A DNA stretch of 63,758 nt, filler included, from Octopus bimaculoides (taxonomy: Eukaryota), in the NCBI RefSeq assembly GCF_001194135.2. It is 6 parts of 6 records of this genome, joined end to end, with 100 filler letters (N's around TTAATTAATTAA, not from the genome) between each part and the next. Parts side by side here need not be neighbours in the genome. Positions count along the whole stretch, not along the records: positions 36,901 to 54,229 come from NC_068983.1; positions 54,330 to 58,739 come from NC_069008.1; positions 58,840 to 62,604 come from NC_068999.1; 3 more parts are not named here. The stretch is one strand, 5' to 3'. Below the pieces are notes generated by a model. It searched no databases and had not been told where the DNA came from. It worked only from the letters and a program-made list of their open reading frames with translations. The translations under genes were made by a program, and so were the position numbers. This document shows, in pieces, positions 46,235-59,482 of this stretch. Each line of letters opens with the position of its first letter. The stretch's first letter is position 1.

Positions 46235-48453
46235 AAAGAAAGGATGTGTGTGTGTGTGTGTGCATGCATCTCTACAGTTTTCAACCGATTTTCACCAAAC
46301 TTTACACACACATTACTTATGTGCCATGGATGGTCAGACACTATAACATTTTGCCCAGAGCTCTTGCGTGAAGTGAGAAGCCAAGAAAAATGGTGTTTTA
46401 TACAGGTTTTTCTCTAAAATCTTCTGCAGTTTTCAACCAGTTCTCTCCCCTTTCTATCTCTCTCTGTTTATTTCTCTCTTCTTTCTTTTTCTCATTCTCT
46501 GTTTCTCTTGCTTACACATATTCTCTCTCACCCTCTGTAATAGTTCTTCTCTTTTAGTCCATGTCTGTTTCTTTCACTCTCTCTCTCTCTCTTTGACTTA
46601 GACACTTACTAACTTCTGTCTACAAATTGAATAAGTGTATTTCAATTAGATATGTGTAAAAATCTCTGTTGTTACGGTTTTTGTACATTCTCCCTGAAAA
46701 TGATTTAGTTATTTTTAAACTTTTGGTTACCCAGTGTGTTTAAATTCAGTTTTGCCACATCTGTCTAAAAACTGACTTCAGTGTATTTCAGTTTCGTTGT
46801 GTGTAAATATCTTTGTCTTTACAGTATTTGGGCATTCTCTCTACAACATTATTTATTTTAAATTTTTTGCACTCTGTCTATTTAAATACACTATTTACAT
46901 TTCTCCCTCTGTCGAAAAATGTTGTGTGTGTGGTCATGCATGCATACGTATGACTGCTATGGGCCACATACAGCCGATAAGATTTTATTACTAACCAATT
47001 AGATTTCAAACCTGCCACTGAGTGGTCATGCATAAGAAAAAGCTATCCTAAAGTGGATCAAGTTTTTACATTCAAGCTAGTTTCTTCTAGAGCTTTATGT
47101 GCTCAAATGGGGTTTGTAAGTTCTGTCTACAAATTGGCTTCCTTGTCTATATATATGAAATTCTTTGTCTGTCTGTCTGTTCTCTATGCATTCTCAAACA
47201 GCTTGAACAAATCAAATCAAATTTTACAAGGTAATAGTATCAGACTCTGTGAGTGTCAGCATGTAATTTTTTTCTCATTTAGATTTAAACAATATAACAT
47301 TGGCATTGGTTTGGTATTACATGTCGAAAGTGTAAGAATAAGATCTATATTGTAATGTCATATAATATTGTTTCACTTCCGCTTTTCATTCTAAGCCTAT
47401 AATATTGTAACACTTTTATAGTTTCACTTTTAATTCTACTGTAATAAATAAATGAATAATTTATATCCTAATATGAACAACATTACGCATGGGCAACTTT
47501 CTGTCTTTACCGCCATGACAGCAGAATGGTGTGCCAGTGTGTGCATGTTGACTGACATAATGAATGGCTGGAGGTGAAGCACTTGACAAAAAACAATTAG
47601 GTGGCAGGTCCCAAGGTATATAAAAATATACATTTACCATTTACCAGTTCATAATTATTGCAGCAGTTGCAAGGTATTGACAATTATATATTTAGCCTTA
47701 AATTAATGGAGTTTCAATAGAGAAGGGAGATTGAGACTTTCCCATGATCAGCAAACGCATGCTGTAGCACGTCAAATGGAGTCTCAAAGGGGAAAGAAGA
47801 TGAGACTTTCCCAAGATCAGCAAAGGCATACCACAGCATGTCAAATGGAGTTTCAATGGTTGGTTGGCACTCCATTGGTTACGACGACGGGGGTTCCAGT
47901 TGATCCGATCAACGGAACAGCTTGCTCGTGAAAATTAACGTACAAGTCGCTGAGCACTCCACAGACACCTGTACCCTTAACGTAGTTCTCGGAGAGATTC
48001 AGCGTGACACAGAGTGTGACAAGGCTGGCCCTTTGAAACACAGGCACAACAGAAACAGGAAGTAAGAGTGAGAGAAAGTTGTGGTGAAAGAGTACAGCAG
48101 GGATCGCCACCATCCCCTGCCGGAGCCTTGTGGAACTTTTGGTGTTTTCGCTCAATAAACACTCACAACGCCCGGTCTGGGAATCGAAACCGCGATCCTA
48201 CGACCACGAGTCCGCTGCCCTAACCACTGGGCCATTGCGCCTCCATAGAGTTTCAATACAGAAGTGAGATGAGACTTTCTCAAGATCAGCAAAGGCATGC
48301 ATATACCCCCAACCCCCAATTTTCCAGGCCGTAACTAGTCAAATTAGTCCATTTATTTCACAAATGTTTTGTCATCACCTGTTTCAACATAACTATAATA
48401 TATATACAAACTATGTGGTTTTAACCCCGAGCAATGCCAGGTACCTCTGCTAG
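46151..48453 (+). mobile_element. Non-autonomous Helitron (deletion derivative)
   Basis: A|TC(TC)n-TATATATATAAAA 5' end; 3' ccccgagcaatgccaggtacctctgCTAG|T homologous to 37225-37252; internal RLS(H/Q)DQQ repeats at 47731-48300. Confidence 0.62.
47858..48244 (-). mobile_element. Family D tRNA-derived SINE, full length (387 bp)
   Basis: A-box TGGCCCAGTGG, B-box GGTTTCGATTCC, (AACC)n tail; 13-bp TSD at(g/a)gagtttcaat at 47845-47857 and 48245-48257. Confidence 0.88.
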
Positions 48454-50498
48454 TTTTGTATAAACGCAGAACTTTGATTTAATGTTAAGGCTTTCATTTT
48501 GGTGTTACAGTTAATGATTTGGTTTTCAATTTGTGGGGATATATTTATATGGTGGGGTGGTGGTGGTGGTGGGGTGAAGACTAAGTGCATGAAAGATTAT
48601 CAGCTTAGACACTGTGAGAGACTGTTGTCGGCATAGGGACATTAATTTATGAACAATATTGATTTTTTTTTTTTGTTACTCTTTGTAGATATCTTTTATC
48701 CTCATGTATAACATTGAATGTTTCTAATTAATATAATTAGCAAAAAGTAATATCAATCATAATTTGAAATTATAAGTTTCAATCACAGCTTTAACTGAGA
48801 AATTGATGATATAAAATCATTTTACTGACTTCTGCCAAGGATAGTTGTTGTTGGTTGTTGTCATTACTGTTTTTGTTGTTTTGTTTTCTCTTAAACATTT
48901 CAAGTGTAGAGTTAAGTTGTTATTTTTTAAATTTATACTTGACGTCATATGTTTACATTTTCAATATTTAAAGATATGGCATCGACATTAAGTACATTTA
49001 ATGACTGTTTGCCCTTTGTTCTTTATCAGTTAACTATGAATTTGTTTCATTCCCCCCCTTGAATGTTCAAAGTTTGGTTGGTTAGTCATTTCTTGTTTTT
49101 TCATGCTAAACCTCTTGGTCACATTCTAACAACTAGAACCCATTTATGATTATAAATACTGCAAATTTGGGTGTCTCTCTATAGATTTATATTCATTAGT
49201 TACGAACTTATTCTGTGAACCTTAGTCGTTAGATCAACTGCTAAATGGATATTATACAAGTCAGTTTTATTATTATTTAAAAACTATAACTTGTTTTCAA
49301 TCTCTTGTTTCAACCACTACATTTAAAAGAAAGCTATCTCACCGATTGGCAAAAAGATTAAAAAGAAAAAAAGGTTCACTGACTCATATGCAACATTCAC
49401 AACATATATTGTTTCACCTCTTCTATCACTATTGTAATAGCATCGATTTCTATGAATTAGCTTGTACCTATTCACTTCAAGTAGGCTCACCCTACACACT
49501 CCTTTCATTGCACCTGTTGTGTCTTGCTTCCCATGACCCTACAAGATCTTAGATTAAGGTTTGTGGAATTGAGCTTCAAGTTGGGCTGAGAGGGAAAAAC
49601 TAGTGGACTGCTGTTCTGCAGAGGTAGGATTGCCAATTGTGTTTAGTACAAGATCTTAAAGCCCCATGTTATGGTCTGTAAGAGTACCATTGACAGGAGG
49701 AGTGGGAGTTAAGGAATTGTCCCTGAGGACTCTTGCCAGCATTGTTGCTAAATTCATTGCTAAACTCAGATGTATTTAGCTAGGATTATAGAAATGAGAA
49801 AGGAGGTACAAGTGCATCAAGTTGGCTTTGGTAACGATGGTACAGAGCTTCTTATTTCATAATAGTATAAAGTGTTGTGGACACTTGGCTGTAACCAGAT
49901 GGTGGTGGCAGTGATTTATGGTTTTCCTTTCAGTTAGGTGGCTTTGTATAAAGGCATTGTTCTAGATATGTGAGTACTTTAATGTGGAGAGCACTTGTCT
50001 TAGAAGGAGAGAGAGAGAGATAGATAGAGAGAGAGAGAGTGTGGGTGTGTGTATGTGTGTTTACATGTGTATGCCATCATCATTATGTCTACTTTCCCTA
50101 CTGACATAGGTTGGATGGGTCATAACACTCTAAGTCAATTCTTATTAGGACTCACTGCCCTCCTAGATAGGTTTGAGGGCCATGTTGTGCTTATCTATTC
50201 CAGTTTTGGCAAGGTTTCTATGGCAGGTTACTCTATAATAGCAAACTAAAATTTTAATTTTCCCCTTATTTACTTGGCTACTATAATTTTGCTTCTCCTC
50301 CTTCCCTCTTTTCTAATTTTCCTTTCCAGTCTTTTAATAAACTGCGTTCCAATTCTCTGGTTTTCTGTACATGAATGAAATTCCTGAAATTTTTTTGTTT
50401 TTACTTTGTGTGTGTGTTTGTGTTTTATCCTTTCCTTTTAACATTTCTAATTTAAAGCCAAAGATTTTAAAATGTTTTGTGATGACTTGATATATGAG

Positions 50499-50766
50499 TC
50501 ATCATCATCGTCGTTTAACGTCCGCTTTCCATGCGAGCATGGGTTGGACAATTTGACTGAGGACTGGTGAAACCAGATGGCTGCACCAGGCTCCAATCTG
50601 ATCTGGCAGAGTTTCTACAGCCTTCCTAATGCCAACCACTCCGAGAGTGTAGTGGGTACTTTTACATGCCACCGGCACGAAGGCCAGTCAGGCGGTACTG
50701 GCAACGGCCACGCTCAAAATGGTGTATTTTACGTGCCACCCACACAGGAGCCAGTTCGGCAGCACT
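50499..50766 (-). mobile_element. Family A RTE-tail element, 5'-truncated
   Basis: Homology to family A. Confidence 0.82.
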
Positions 50767-51547
50767 GATATTCACTAATACACACAATTATACATAGACA
50801 AAAATTAGCTTAAGTTACTCTCCAATAAAGGGATGTATATTTAAATTTTTCCATCTGATATTTCTGATATTTGATTTTTAATTCTTTTGAAGCTGAAAAA
50901 GTCTTGTTATGATACAGTCCTACTTTAAGTGTCATAGGTTGATTGTTGCTCACTTCAATTTTATGAGCCTGCATTCTGATCTCTTATGAAATGGTAAAAG
51001 CCTTCTGCTTTTAGTATAAAGGATTATTATTATTATTGTTATTATTATTATTGTTATTGTTATTATTATTATTTATTTATTTATTTTGTTCATGTATATG
51101 TGTAATCATCATTGTTTTATTTATTTTATTCAATTTTAGGAAAGTTGAAGCTTGTCTTTGACAATTCCAGAGTGCATTGAATTTATTTTGTTCATAATTT
51201 TTGGCCACCATGTCTATACCTCATCTATAAATAGTACAGGTAATCTTCTTGTAAGTCAAATCTGAAAAGCAGATTTGATTCTTGAATGAGTGAGTTATTT
51301 TGTATTATTTACACTCATTACCACGGTACCTGTGCATAGAATTCATCTATTGTTGTTTAGGTTCCATTTGGTCGATTTGTTCTCAACACACTACTTGAAG
51401 TAAACTAGAAACTCATTAAGGGCATATGTGACATTTTCATTTCTTATTGCTAGTAATTTTTATTATTATTACTATTATCATCTTTACGACTAAAAAATTA
51501 TTATTAGGAGAAACATTAAGGCATAGGAAAAATATTTCATGGTATAT

Positions 51548-52290
51548 TACTCTTTACTTGTTTCAGTCATTTGACTGTGGCCATGCTGGAGCACTGCCTT
51601 TTAGTCGAGCAAATCGACCGCAGGACTTATTCTTTGGAAGCCTTGTACTTATTCTATCGGNNNNNNNNNNNNNNNNNNNNNNNNNNNNNNNNNNNNNNNN
51701 NCAAGTTGTGGTGGGTAACAAACATAAAAACAAAGACAGACAGACACATACACACTCATATACAAATATATGACAGGCTTCTTCCAGTTTCCGTCTACCA
51801 GATCCACTCATCAGGTTTTGCTCGGCCCAGGGCCGTTGTAGAAGACACTTGCCCAAGGTGCCACACAGTGGGACTGAACCTAAACCATGTGGTTGATAAG
51901 CAAGCTACTTACCACAAAGCCACTCTTGCGCCTATATTGCAGATCTGTTTTTTTATATTTTACATGTTTCAGTCGTTGGACTGCGACCATACTGGGGCAC
52001 CACTTTAAAGGGCTTAGTCAAATAAATTGACCCCGGTACTTTTTTTTTTTTTTTGAAGGCTGACATTTATTTTAGCGATCTCTTTTGCTGGACCACTAAA
52101 TTAAGGGGATATAAACAAACCAGCACCAGTTGTCAAGTTGTGGTGGGTAACAAACATAAAAACAAAGACAGACAGACACATACACACTCATATACAAATA
52201 TATGACAGGCTTCTTCCAGTTTCCGTCTACCAGATCCACTCATCAGGTTTTGCTCGGCCCAGGGCCGTTGTAGAAGACACTTGCCCAAAG
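51548..52290 (-). mobile_element. Two adjacent family C SINE copies (51548-51912, 51955-52290)
   Basis: Both carry core and tail; they share an identical ~155-bp block. Confidence 0.75.
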
Positions 52291-52676
52291 TGCCACTCGG
52301 TAGGACTAGTACTGAGTACTTTACTTTGACTTCTGGTACTAGACATTGGTAGATGTTACTCTTATCACAAGCTTAATTTTTATAATAGTGAATTCTTTTA
52401 TTTTATTTTATTTTAATTAGTGAAGAGGTCAAAATATTAAACTATTGCTGATAAGGTTCTATTCATTAAAAACTTCATGTTCATCCTTGCTTTAGTAATA
52501 TTATACAGATATATAATTAAGTTTATCTATAAAATGATTTCTTGTAACTCTTTACAAAGGTGTGTCGAAGATTATATGATACTAATTGACCCCATGGATA
52601 TTCTATGGTTTAATTAGAAACAACCACCAAGTATTAAAGATCTATATGACATTTTAAATGTTATTTTCATAAACTA

Positions 52677-52830
52677 CAGGGTGTCCACAAAGTCTGGGTA
52701 CATGGGTACTGGGTACATGGGTACTGGGTACATGTCCACAAAGTCTGGGTACTTTAAGAAATTATTATTTCTTATATTTGTTTGTTATGATTTTATTTAC
52801 TCCATGTACCCAGACCTTGTGGACACCCTG
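52677..52830. mobile_element. Tc1/mariner-type MITE, 154 bp
   Basis: 29-bp TIR CAGGGTGTCCACAA(A/G)GTCTGGGTACATGG (1 mismatch); TA on both sides. Confidence 0.9.
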
Positions 52831-53169
52831 TATATACACACATACACTTACACACATAATATATACTGTTACTAACTACATATATACAACAAATAACTTG
52901 AATAATTAACTTGAGGATAAACTATATTTTTAATAAAAGTCCTCTTTTAGTTACCTCTCAAATAAATGTTAATGGCGTGTACATATATGCATATACCCTT
53001 CCTCTCTCACAAACATGCACACAGCGAACTAGCATCACTGTGTGTGTGTGTGTGTATGTGCACAGGCTAATAACATTCGTTTGAATCTCTCTCTCACTCA
53101 CACGTACCATTCCCTTTCACTGCATGACAGATTTTTACAACACAGGAATTTATCATTAACACTTTAATA

Positions 53170-53450
53170 TTGCCAGTTTTGCTGGACTGGCTCCTGTGCA
53201 GGTGGCACGTAAAATACACCATTTCGAGCGTGGCCGTTGCCAGTACTGCCTGACTGGCCTTCTTGCCGGTGACACGTAAAAGCACCCACTACACTCTCGG
53301 AGTGGTTGGCGTTAGGAAGGGCATCCAGCTGCCAAATTAGATTGGAGCCTGGTGTAGCCACCTGGTCCACCAGTCCTCAGTCAAATCGTCCAACCCATGA
53401 TAGCATGGAAAGCGGATGTTAAACAATGATGATGATGATGATGATGATGA
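53170..53450 (+). mobile_element. Family A RTE-tail element
   Basis: Homology to family A; (GAT)n tail. Confidence 0.82.
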
Positions 53451-53535
53451 GGATATCAAATCCAGAGAGTTGAAAGGCAAAGTTAAGAAAGATTTATTTT
53501 AAACTCAGAACCTCCAGTAATGAAACTAAACAATC

Positions 53536-53748
53536 CTTTCTATTATAGGCACAAAGTCTGAAATTTTGGGTGACGGGTTTAGTTTATTACATCGACCCCA
53601 GTGTTCAACCGGTACTTATTTTATCGACCCTGAAAGGATGAAAGGCAAAGTCAACCTAAATGGCATTTGAACTCAGAACGTAAAAACAAGTGAAATGCTG
53701 CCATGCATTTTGTCTGGTGTGATGCTAACAATTTGGCCAGCTCAGTCA
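53536..53748 (-). mobile_element. Family B SINE, decayed
   Basis: gaccctgaaaggatgaaaggcaaagtcaacct core. Confidence 0.72.
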
Positions 53749-53827
53749 CTTTGGTGAGACTAAATAATAAAAGGTATTTAGTCTTGTTATCACTATTTCC
53801 ACCAACTTGGTATGCTGGCTGTAGATT

Positions 53828-54012
53828 ATCTTTTACTTGTTTCAGTCATTGTACTACGGCCATGCTGGGGCACTGCCTCAAAGAGTTTAGTGGAACAGAT
53901 CAACCCAATACTTATTCTTACTCTTCTTCCAAATTGCCAAGTTAAAGGAATGTAAACAAACCAACACCTGCCAAACAGTAGTTGGGGACAAGCACAAAGA
54001 CTCGCACACACA
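53828..54012 (-). mobile_element. Family C SINE 3' half
   Basis: ttacttgtttcagtcattg..ccatgctgggg. Confidence 0.65.
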
Positions 54013-54031
54013 TACATGAATATATATGTGT

Positions 54032-54229
54032 ATCATCATCATCATCATCATCATCGTTTAACATCCGCTTTCCATGCTAGCATGGGTTGGACGATTTGAC
54101 TGAGGACTGGTGAAACCGGATGGCAACACCAGGCTCCAGCCTGATTTGGCAGAGTTTCTACAGCTGGATGCCCTTCCTAACGCCAACCACTCAGAGAGTG
54201 TAGTGGGTGCTTTTACGTGTCACCCGCAC
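54032..54229 (-). mobile_element. Family A tail (cut by gap)
   Basis: Homology to family A. Confidence 0.82.
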
Positions 54230-54769
54230 NNNNNNNNNNNNNNNNNNNNNNNNNNNNNNNNNNNNNNNNNNNNTTAATTAATTAANNNNNNNNNNNNNNN
54301 NNNNNNNNNNNNNNNNNNNNNNNNNNNNNAGGAGACAGAGGTACATACATATACACACATACATAAAAAACACACAAACACAGGAATATGCAAATACATA
54401 CATGCATACATGCAAACACACACACATACATACATATATTAATACACACACATACATTCATATATATATACATATGCATAGACACACATGCACACATACA
54501 TGCATGCATACATACACACACATGCGCAAAAACAAACAAAATCAAAAATCAAAAAAGAACGCAGCATAAATAACGGACAGTCAAGACTATTGGTAAGGTT
54601 GCAAGACGTAACGAAAATTTTAGGAAAATAAAAGTAAGGAATAAGTGGAGATTTTACCGGTGAGTGTCTTAAATTATAAGACACAAAAAGAAAATGACTC
54701 TCCCCAGACACAACAGAATATGCTTCAACACACGAAATCACATAAAAAATCTTGCAAACCAAATCCAAA

Positions 54770-54811
<42 letters not shown>

Positions 54812-54898
54812 ATAATATTAGGGAATAAAAACTTATTCCAACCTTACAGGCAAAAATCGGTATATTACACCAGGTTTTGTAATGTATAATATATATGT

Positions 54899-55322
54899 AT
54901 ATAACTAATTTAGAGACGAACCACCACTCTACAACTCAGTCAACCAAGAACCTGTCCAAAACCATGCTGTGTGGCATACACCATATTAATTTAAAATTCT
55001 AATAATTTTAATAATATATAATATATTATATAAAGAAATATTCATCATATAAATATTAATTTAAAAATCAAAACATTTATACTTTCACACTTTATATTAT
55101 TGTATTAATTTTTACTGTCCTATTTATAATTTTGATTTTTAAATTAATATCTTTATGATGAATGTTTCTTTATATGATATATTATATGTTATTAAAATTA
55201 TAAAAATTTTAGATTAAAATCTGAGATAAATATTGATATGGTATATGCCTCACAGCATGGATTTGGACGGGTTCTGAATTGACTGAGTTGTAGAGTGGTG
55301 GTTCGTCTCTAAATTAGTTATA
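54899..55322. repeat. ~420-bp foldback between (TA)n tracts
   Basis: Outer 45 bp perfectly inverted; imperfect arms extend to 55073 and 55130. Confidence 0.9.
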
Positions 55323-55848
55323 TATATATATATATATACATACCTTTTTAAAATGGAAAGAAATATTGCATAAGGTCAATTATTCCAGTAAAGATTTTTT
55401 TCTTTTTAAATGTAAAATTTTTATTTTTGCATTTCTATATTGTAAATATACTCATTCTTGTTTCTTTTATATTTCAGTATACCAGAAACAATATAGAATT
55501 GTTTATATGAATATTTATCATCATTTCAAGACTAAACAAAAATATTACATAGAACAGATATAATTCTACAGATAAATATTTATATGGAACTGTTATAAGT
55601 ATTCAGCATTTGAGTTTTTCCTTGCTTTGAGTGTTTATAACCAATTTTTGCCATCTAATTCCACTTTTTCATTGTATAAATCATATACAAACTGATTTCA
55701 CATACTTATTAAACTTGAAAGAATTTACAATGTTTGTGGCTTCAGATATCAACAAATATTACATTTGGTGGAAATATGGAAGTAGAAATATTTGCTAGGA
55801 ATAAAATAAAACAAATCATTTGTATATGGTGATAATAAAAGAAAAATT

Positions 55849-57456
55849 ATGGAAATTGAGTTAAGTGAAAAGAAGGTTAAATGTGAAACAGACTCTAAAA
55901 GCATTGATTTTATTAATAATGAAAAGAATGAGAAAGGTAAAACACCATATCACTGTGATATTTGTGGTAAATCATTCACTCACAGTACCAGCCTGACTAA
56001 ACATAAATGTATTCATACAGGAGAAAAGGTGTATTGCTGTGATATCTGTGGTAAATCATTCTCTGAGGCAAGTCATTTAGCTAAACACAAGCACATTCAT
56101 ACAGGAGAAAAGCCTTACCATTGCAATACCTGTGGTAAATCATTCTCTCAAAATAGCAGCCTATATAAACATAAACGTATACATACAGGTGAGAAACCAT
56201 ATTGCTGTGATGTCTGTGGTAAATCATTCTCTCTGAAAGGTAACCTAATCACTCACCAACGCATTCATACAGGAGAAAAGCCATATCGCTGTGATGTCTG
56301 TGATAAATCATTTTCTCAGAGCGTTCACTTGACTACACACATACGCATTCACACAGGAGAAAAGCCATATTTCTGTGACGTCTGTAATAAATCATTCTCT
56401 GAGAATAGCTCCTTAACTAAGCATAAGCGTATTCATACAGTAAAGAAACCATATCAGTGTGATATCTGTGATAAATCATTCTCTGATGGAAGACGTTTCA
56501 CTAAACACAAGCGCATTCATACAGGAGAGAAACCCTATCACTGTGATATCTGTGGTAAATCATTCTCTCAAAGTAGTGACTTAGGTAGACATAAACGCAT
56601 TCATGCAGGAGAGAAACCATATCAGTGTAATATCTGTGGTAAATCCTTCTCTCATGGACATACTTTAACTATACACAAATACACTCATACAGGAGAGAAG
56701 CCATATCACTGTGACATCTGTGGTAAATCGTTTTCTCATGGACCTGTCTTAACTACTCACAAACGTATTCATACAGGAGAGAAACCATATCGCTGTGATA
56801 TCTGTGATAAATTGTTCTCAGATGCTGCTCACTTGACTAGACACAAACGCATTCATACAGGACTGAAGCTATATCACTGTGATATTTGTGGTAAATCATT
56901 CTCTCAAAAATATAGCTTAATTACTCACCAACGTATTCACACAGGAGAGAAACCATATCACTGTGATATCTGTGGTAATTCATTCTCTCATAGATATTCC
57001 CTAACTATTCACAAACATCTTCATTCAGGAGACAAACCATATCGTTGTGATGCCTGTGGTAAATCGTTTTCTTATAAACATACTTTAACTACTCACAAAC
57101 ATATCCACACTGGAGAGAAACCATATCACTGTGGTGTCTGTGGTAAATCATTCTCGGAAAGTAGTTACTTAACTCAACACAAACGCATTCATACAGGAGA
57201 GAAACCATATCACTGTGATGCCTGTGGTAAATCCTTCTCTCAAAAACATAACTTAGTTACTCACAAACGTATTCATACTGGAGAAAAACCATATCACTGT
57301 GAAATCTGTGGTAAATCGTTTTCTGGACACGTTTACTTAACTAAACATAAGCGCACACATACAGGAAGGAAACCTTATCACTGTGATATCTGTGGTGAAT
57401 CATTTTCTCAAAAACGTCAATTGAATGAACACGCTGCTACCCATACGGAACAATAA
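55849..57456 (+). CDS. C2H2 zinc-finger protein, 535 aa, 18 tandem fingers, short N-terminal leader, no KRAB/SCAN/BTB domain
   Basis: Intact ORF: 33-aa leader + 17x28-aa + 26-aa Y-x-C-x2-C-x3-F-x5-L-x2-H-x3-H repeats with mostly TGEKP linkers. Plausible acceptor ttcag ends at 55745; AATAAA lies downstream near 57763. Confidence 0.96.
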   Translation: MEIELSEKKVKCETDSKSIDFINNEKNEKGKTPYHCDICGKSFTHSTSLTKHKCIHTGEKVYCCDICGKSFSEASHLAKHKHIHTGEKPYHCNTCGKSFSQNSSLYKHKRIHTGEKPYCCDVCGKSFSLKGNLITHQRIHTGEKPYRCDVCDKSFSQSVHLTTHIRIHTGEKPYFCDVCNKSFSENSSLTKHKRIHTVKKPYQCDICDKSFSDGRRFTKHKRIHTGEKPYHCDICGKSFSQSSDLGRHKRIHAGEKPYQCNICGKSFSHGHTLTIHKYTHTGEKPYHCDICGKSFSHGPVLTTHKRIHTGEKPYRCDICDKLFSDAAHLTRHKRIHTGLKLYHCDICGKSFSQKYSLITHQRIHTGEKPYHCDICGNSFSHRYSLTIHKHLHSGDKPYRCDACGKSFSYKHTLTTHKHIHTGEKPYHCGVCGKSFSESSYLTQHKRIHTGEKPYHCDACGKSFSQKHNLVTHKRIHTGEKPYHCEICGKSFSGHVYLTKHKRTHTGRKPYHCDICGESFSQKRQLNEHAATHTEQ

Positions 57457-57995
57457 CCTTATAAAGATCCTACATTTTGTTGAGTAAATTGTATCTTTTT
57501 ATCATTGGTATAGCTAATGATTTTACTATTAGTAATTTCGTGTTATTAATGCCCAATAAGAAAATATGAATGTGCATATCACTGTTGACACATTGAAAAG
57601 CACAGGTTAAACATAGACTCTATAGACTTTTTTAACTTTTTGTTCATTAATTTTGTTGATCAAATTCTTTTCTTTATTCTCATTAGTAAATCTTGTAATT
57701 TTATGAATGAGAGATTTAGAAATGTGATATTTTAAAATATGCATGAAATTTGTTAGTGTACCAATAAAAAAAAAGAAAAAATTTTGATGAGAAAATTTTG
57801 TTACAGTTTTCTGTTTTGCATTGTTCACAGTTGTCAAAATTTATTTTATACAGAATAAAAGCAACACAAAAAAAAAATTTTTTTAAACCCACCAAATCCA
57901 AGAATGATATTCACAGAGAAAGAAGACACATGGTGCAGCAAAAAAAAAAACAACCCTCCCCCATGAGCTATATAAAGACATTTTTACCTAATTTC

Positions 57996-58275
57996 GCCAG
58001 TGGTTAGAGTGCCGTGCTCACAGTCATAAAGTAGTGAGTTCAATTCCTGGACCAGGCTATGTTCTTGAGCAAGACACTTTGTTTCACATTACTCCAGTTC
58101 ACTCAGCTGTAGAAATGAGTTGTGGCATCACTGGTGCCAAGCTATATCAGCCTTTACCTTTCCTTTGGATAACATCTATTGCGTTGAGAGAGGAGGCTGG
58201 TATGTATGGGTGACTGCTGGTCTTCCATAAACAACCTTGTGCCCCAGAAGGGGAACTTTCTCAATGCAATCCCAT
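57996..58275 (+). mobile_element. Family E tRNA/CORE-like SINE
   Basis: cagtggttagag..gagttcaattcc..ttcttgagcaagacacttt..cagttcactcagctgtagaaatgagt. Confidence 0.65.
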
Positions 58276-58534
58276 AATTTCACCAGTGTCATACCAATTG
58301 GGTGTATAAAATATGTCAGGAAAGCCCATTATATTTTACAGTTATTGATGTGGCACTTGGTAGTTAGGCAGGTGATAACAGTGTCTTCAGGTATCTTATG
58401 TGAGGGTGGTCTTTAGCAGCATTCTGTGTGGCAGTGTGTGATTACAAACTCCCAACATATTTTAAACAACCACAACTATATATTAGTGAGGTGATTTACC
58501 ACCATCATATTTTTAATAAGAACATTTGTTCAGA

Positions 58535-58739
58535 ATCATCATCATCATCGTTTAACGTCCGCTTTCCATGCTAGCATGGGTTGGACGATTTGACTGAGGA
58601 CTGGTGAAACCGGATGGCAACACCAGGCTCCAATCTAATTTGGCAGAGTTTCTACAGCTGGATGCCCTTCCTAACGCCAACCACTCAGAGAGTGTAGTGG
58701 GTGCTTTTTTGTGTCACCCGCACGAAAACGGCCACGCTC
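58535..58739 (-). mobile_element. Family A tail (cut by gap)
   Basis: Homology to family A. Confidence 0.82.
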
Positions 58740-59482
58740 NNNNNNNNNNNNNNNNNNNNNNNNNNNNNNNNNNNNNNNNNNNNTTAATTAATTAANNNNN
58801 NNNNNNNNNNNNNNNNNNNNNNNNNNNNNNNNNNNNNNNATATATATATGCGTGTATATATATATAAAGTTTCTGCTATTAATAAACCAGTAAGAAACAA
58901 TTTATGTTTCAATTTAGAGTTCTGGCAATTTTAACAGAGGCCATTAACGTGACATTATCAAACTGGAGATGTCTTACATTTGCGATTGAAGTAGACCAGT
59001 TCCAATAAAAATGGAATGGTATAAATAGATAATTGGATTGGAGTAGAGTGAAGTGGCAAGACAGGTGAAGAGTGGAGCGAAAGTGTTTATGTGGTTGTGC
59101 GTGATGGTCGTACGAGTGTGTATGTATGCGTGTGTGTGTTTTTGTTGCGTATGTGTGTGTGTACGCATGTGCTCCCATATGTGAGCACGCGCATGTGTAT
59201 GTGTGTGTATGAGAGAGTGTGTGTGAGTGTGCAGTTCGAGCTAAGAGTAAATGTGTTTCTTTAGTTTTGCGTTGTTTCTTTCACCTAGCTTGTTTTGTTT
59301 TTTTTTTCTTTTTGTGTTTTTTTTTTCTTTTCTTAACCACATAAACGTTTCTTCCAGTCTTACGCTTAATAACACTTACTTGATATAATTCAATGAAACA
59401 GTATGCACACATACATACGTACATGCATATGTATGGACACACACACGCACACACACACACNNNNNNNNNNAAAACCGTTACT

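Noticed and set aside
49530-50000. Possible decayed CR1/Jockey-type LINE on the minus strand
   Set aside because: Only faint motif traces (LYKA, IW); too degenerate to call without alignment.
51702-52288. Identical ~155-bp blocks in adjacent C SINEs
   Set aside because: First block starts exactly at a gap edge; cannot be distinguished from misassembly.
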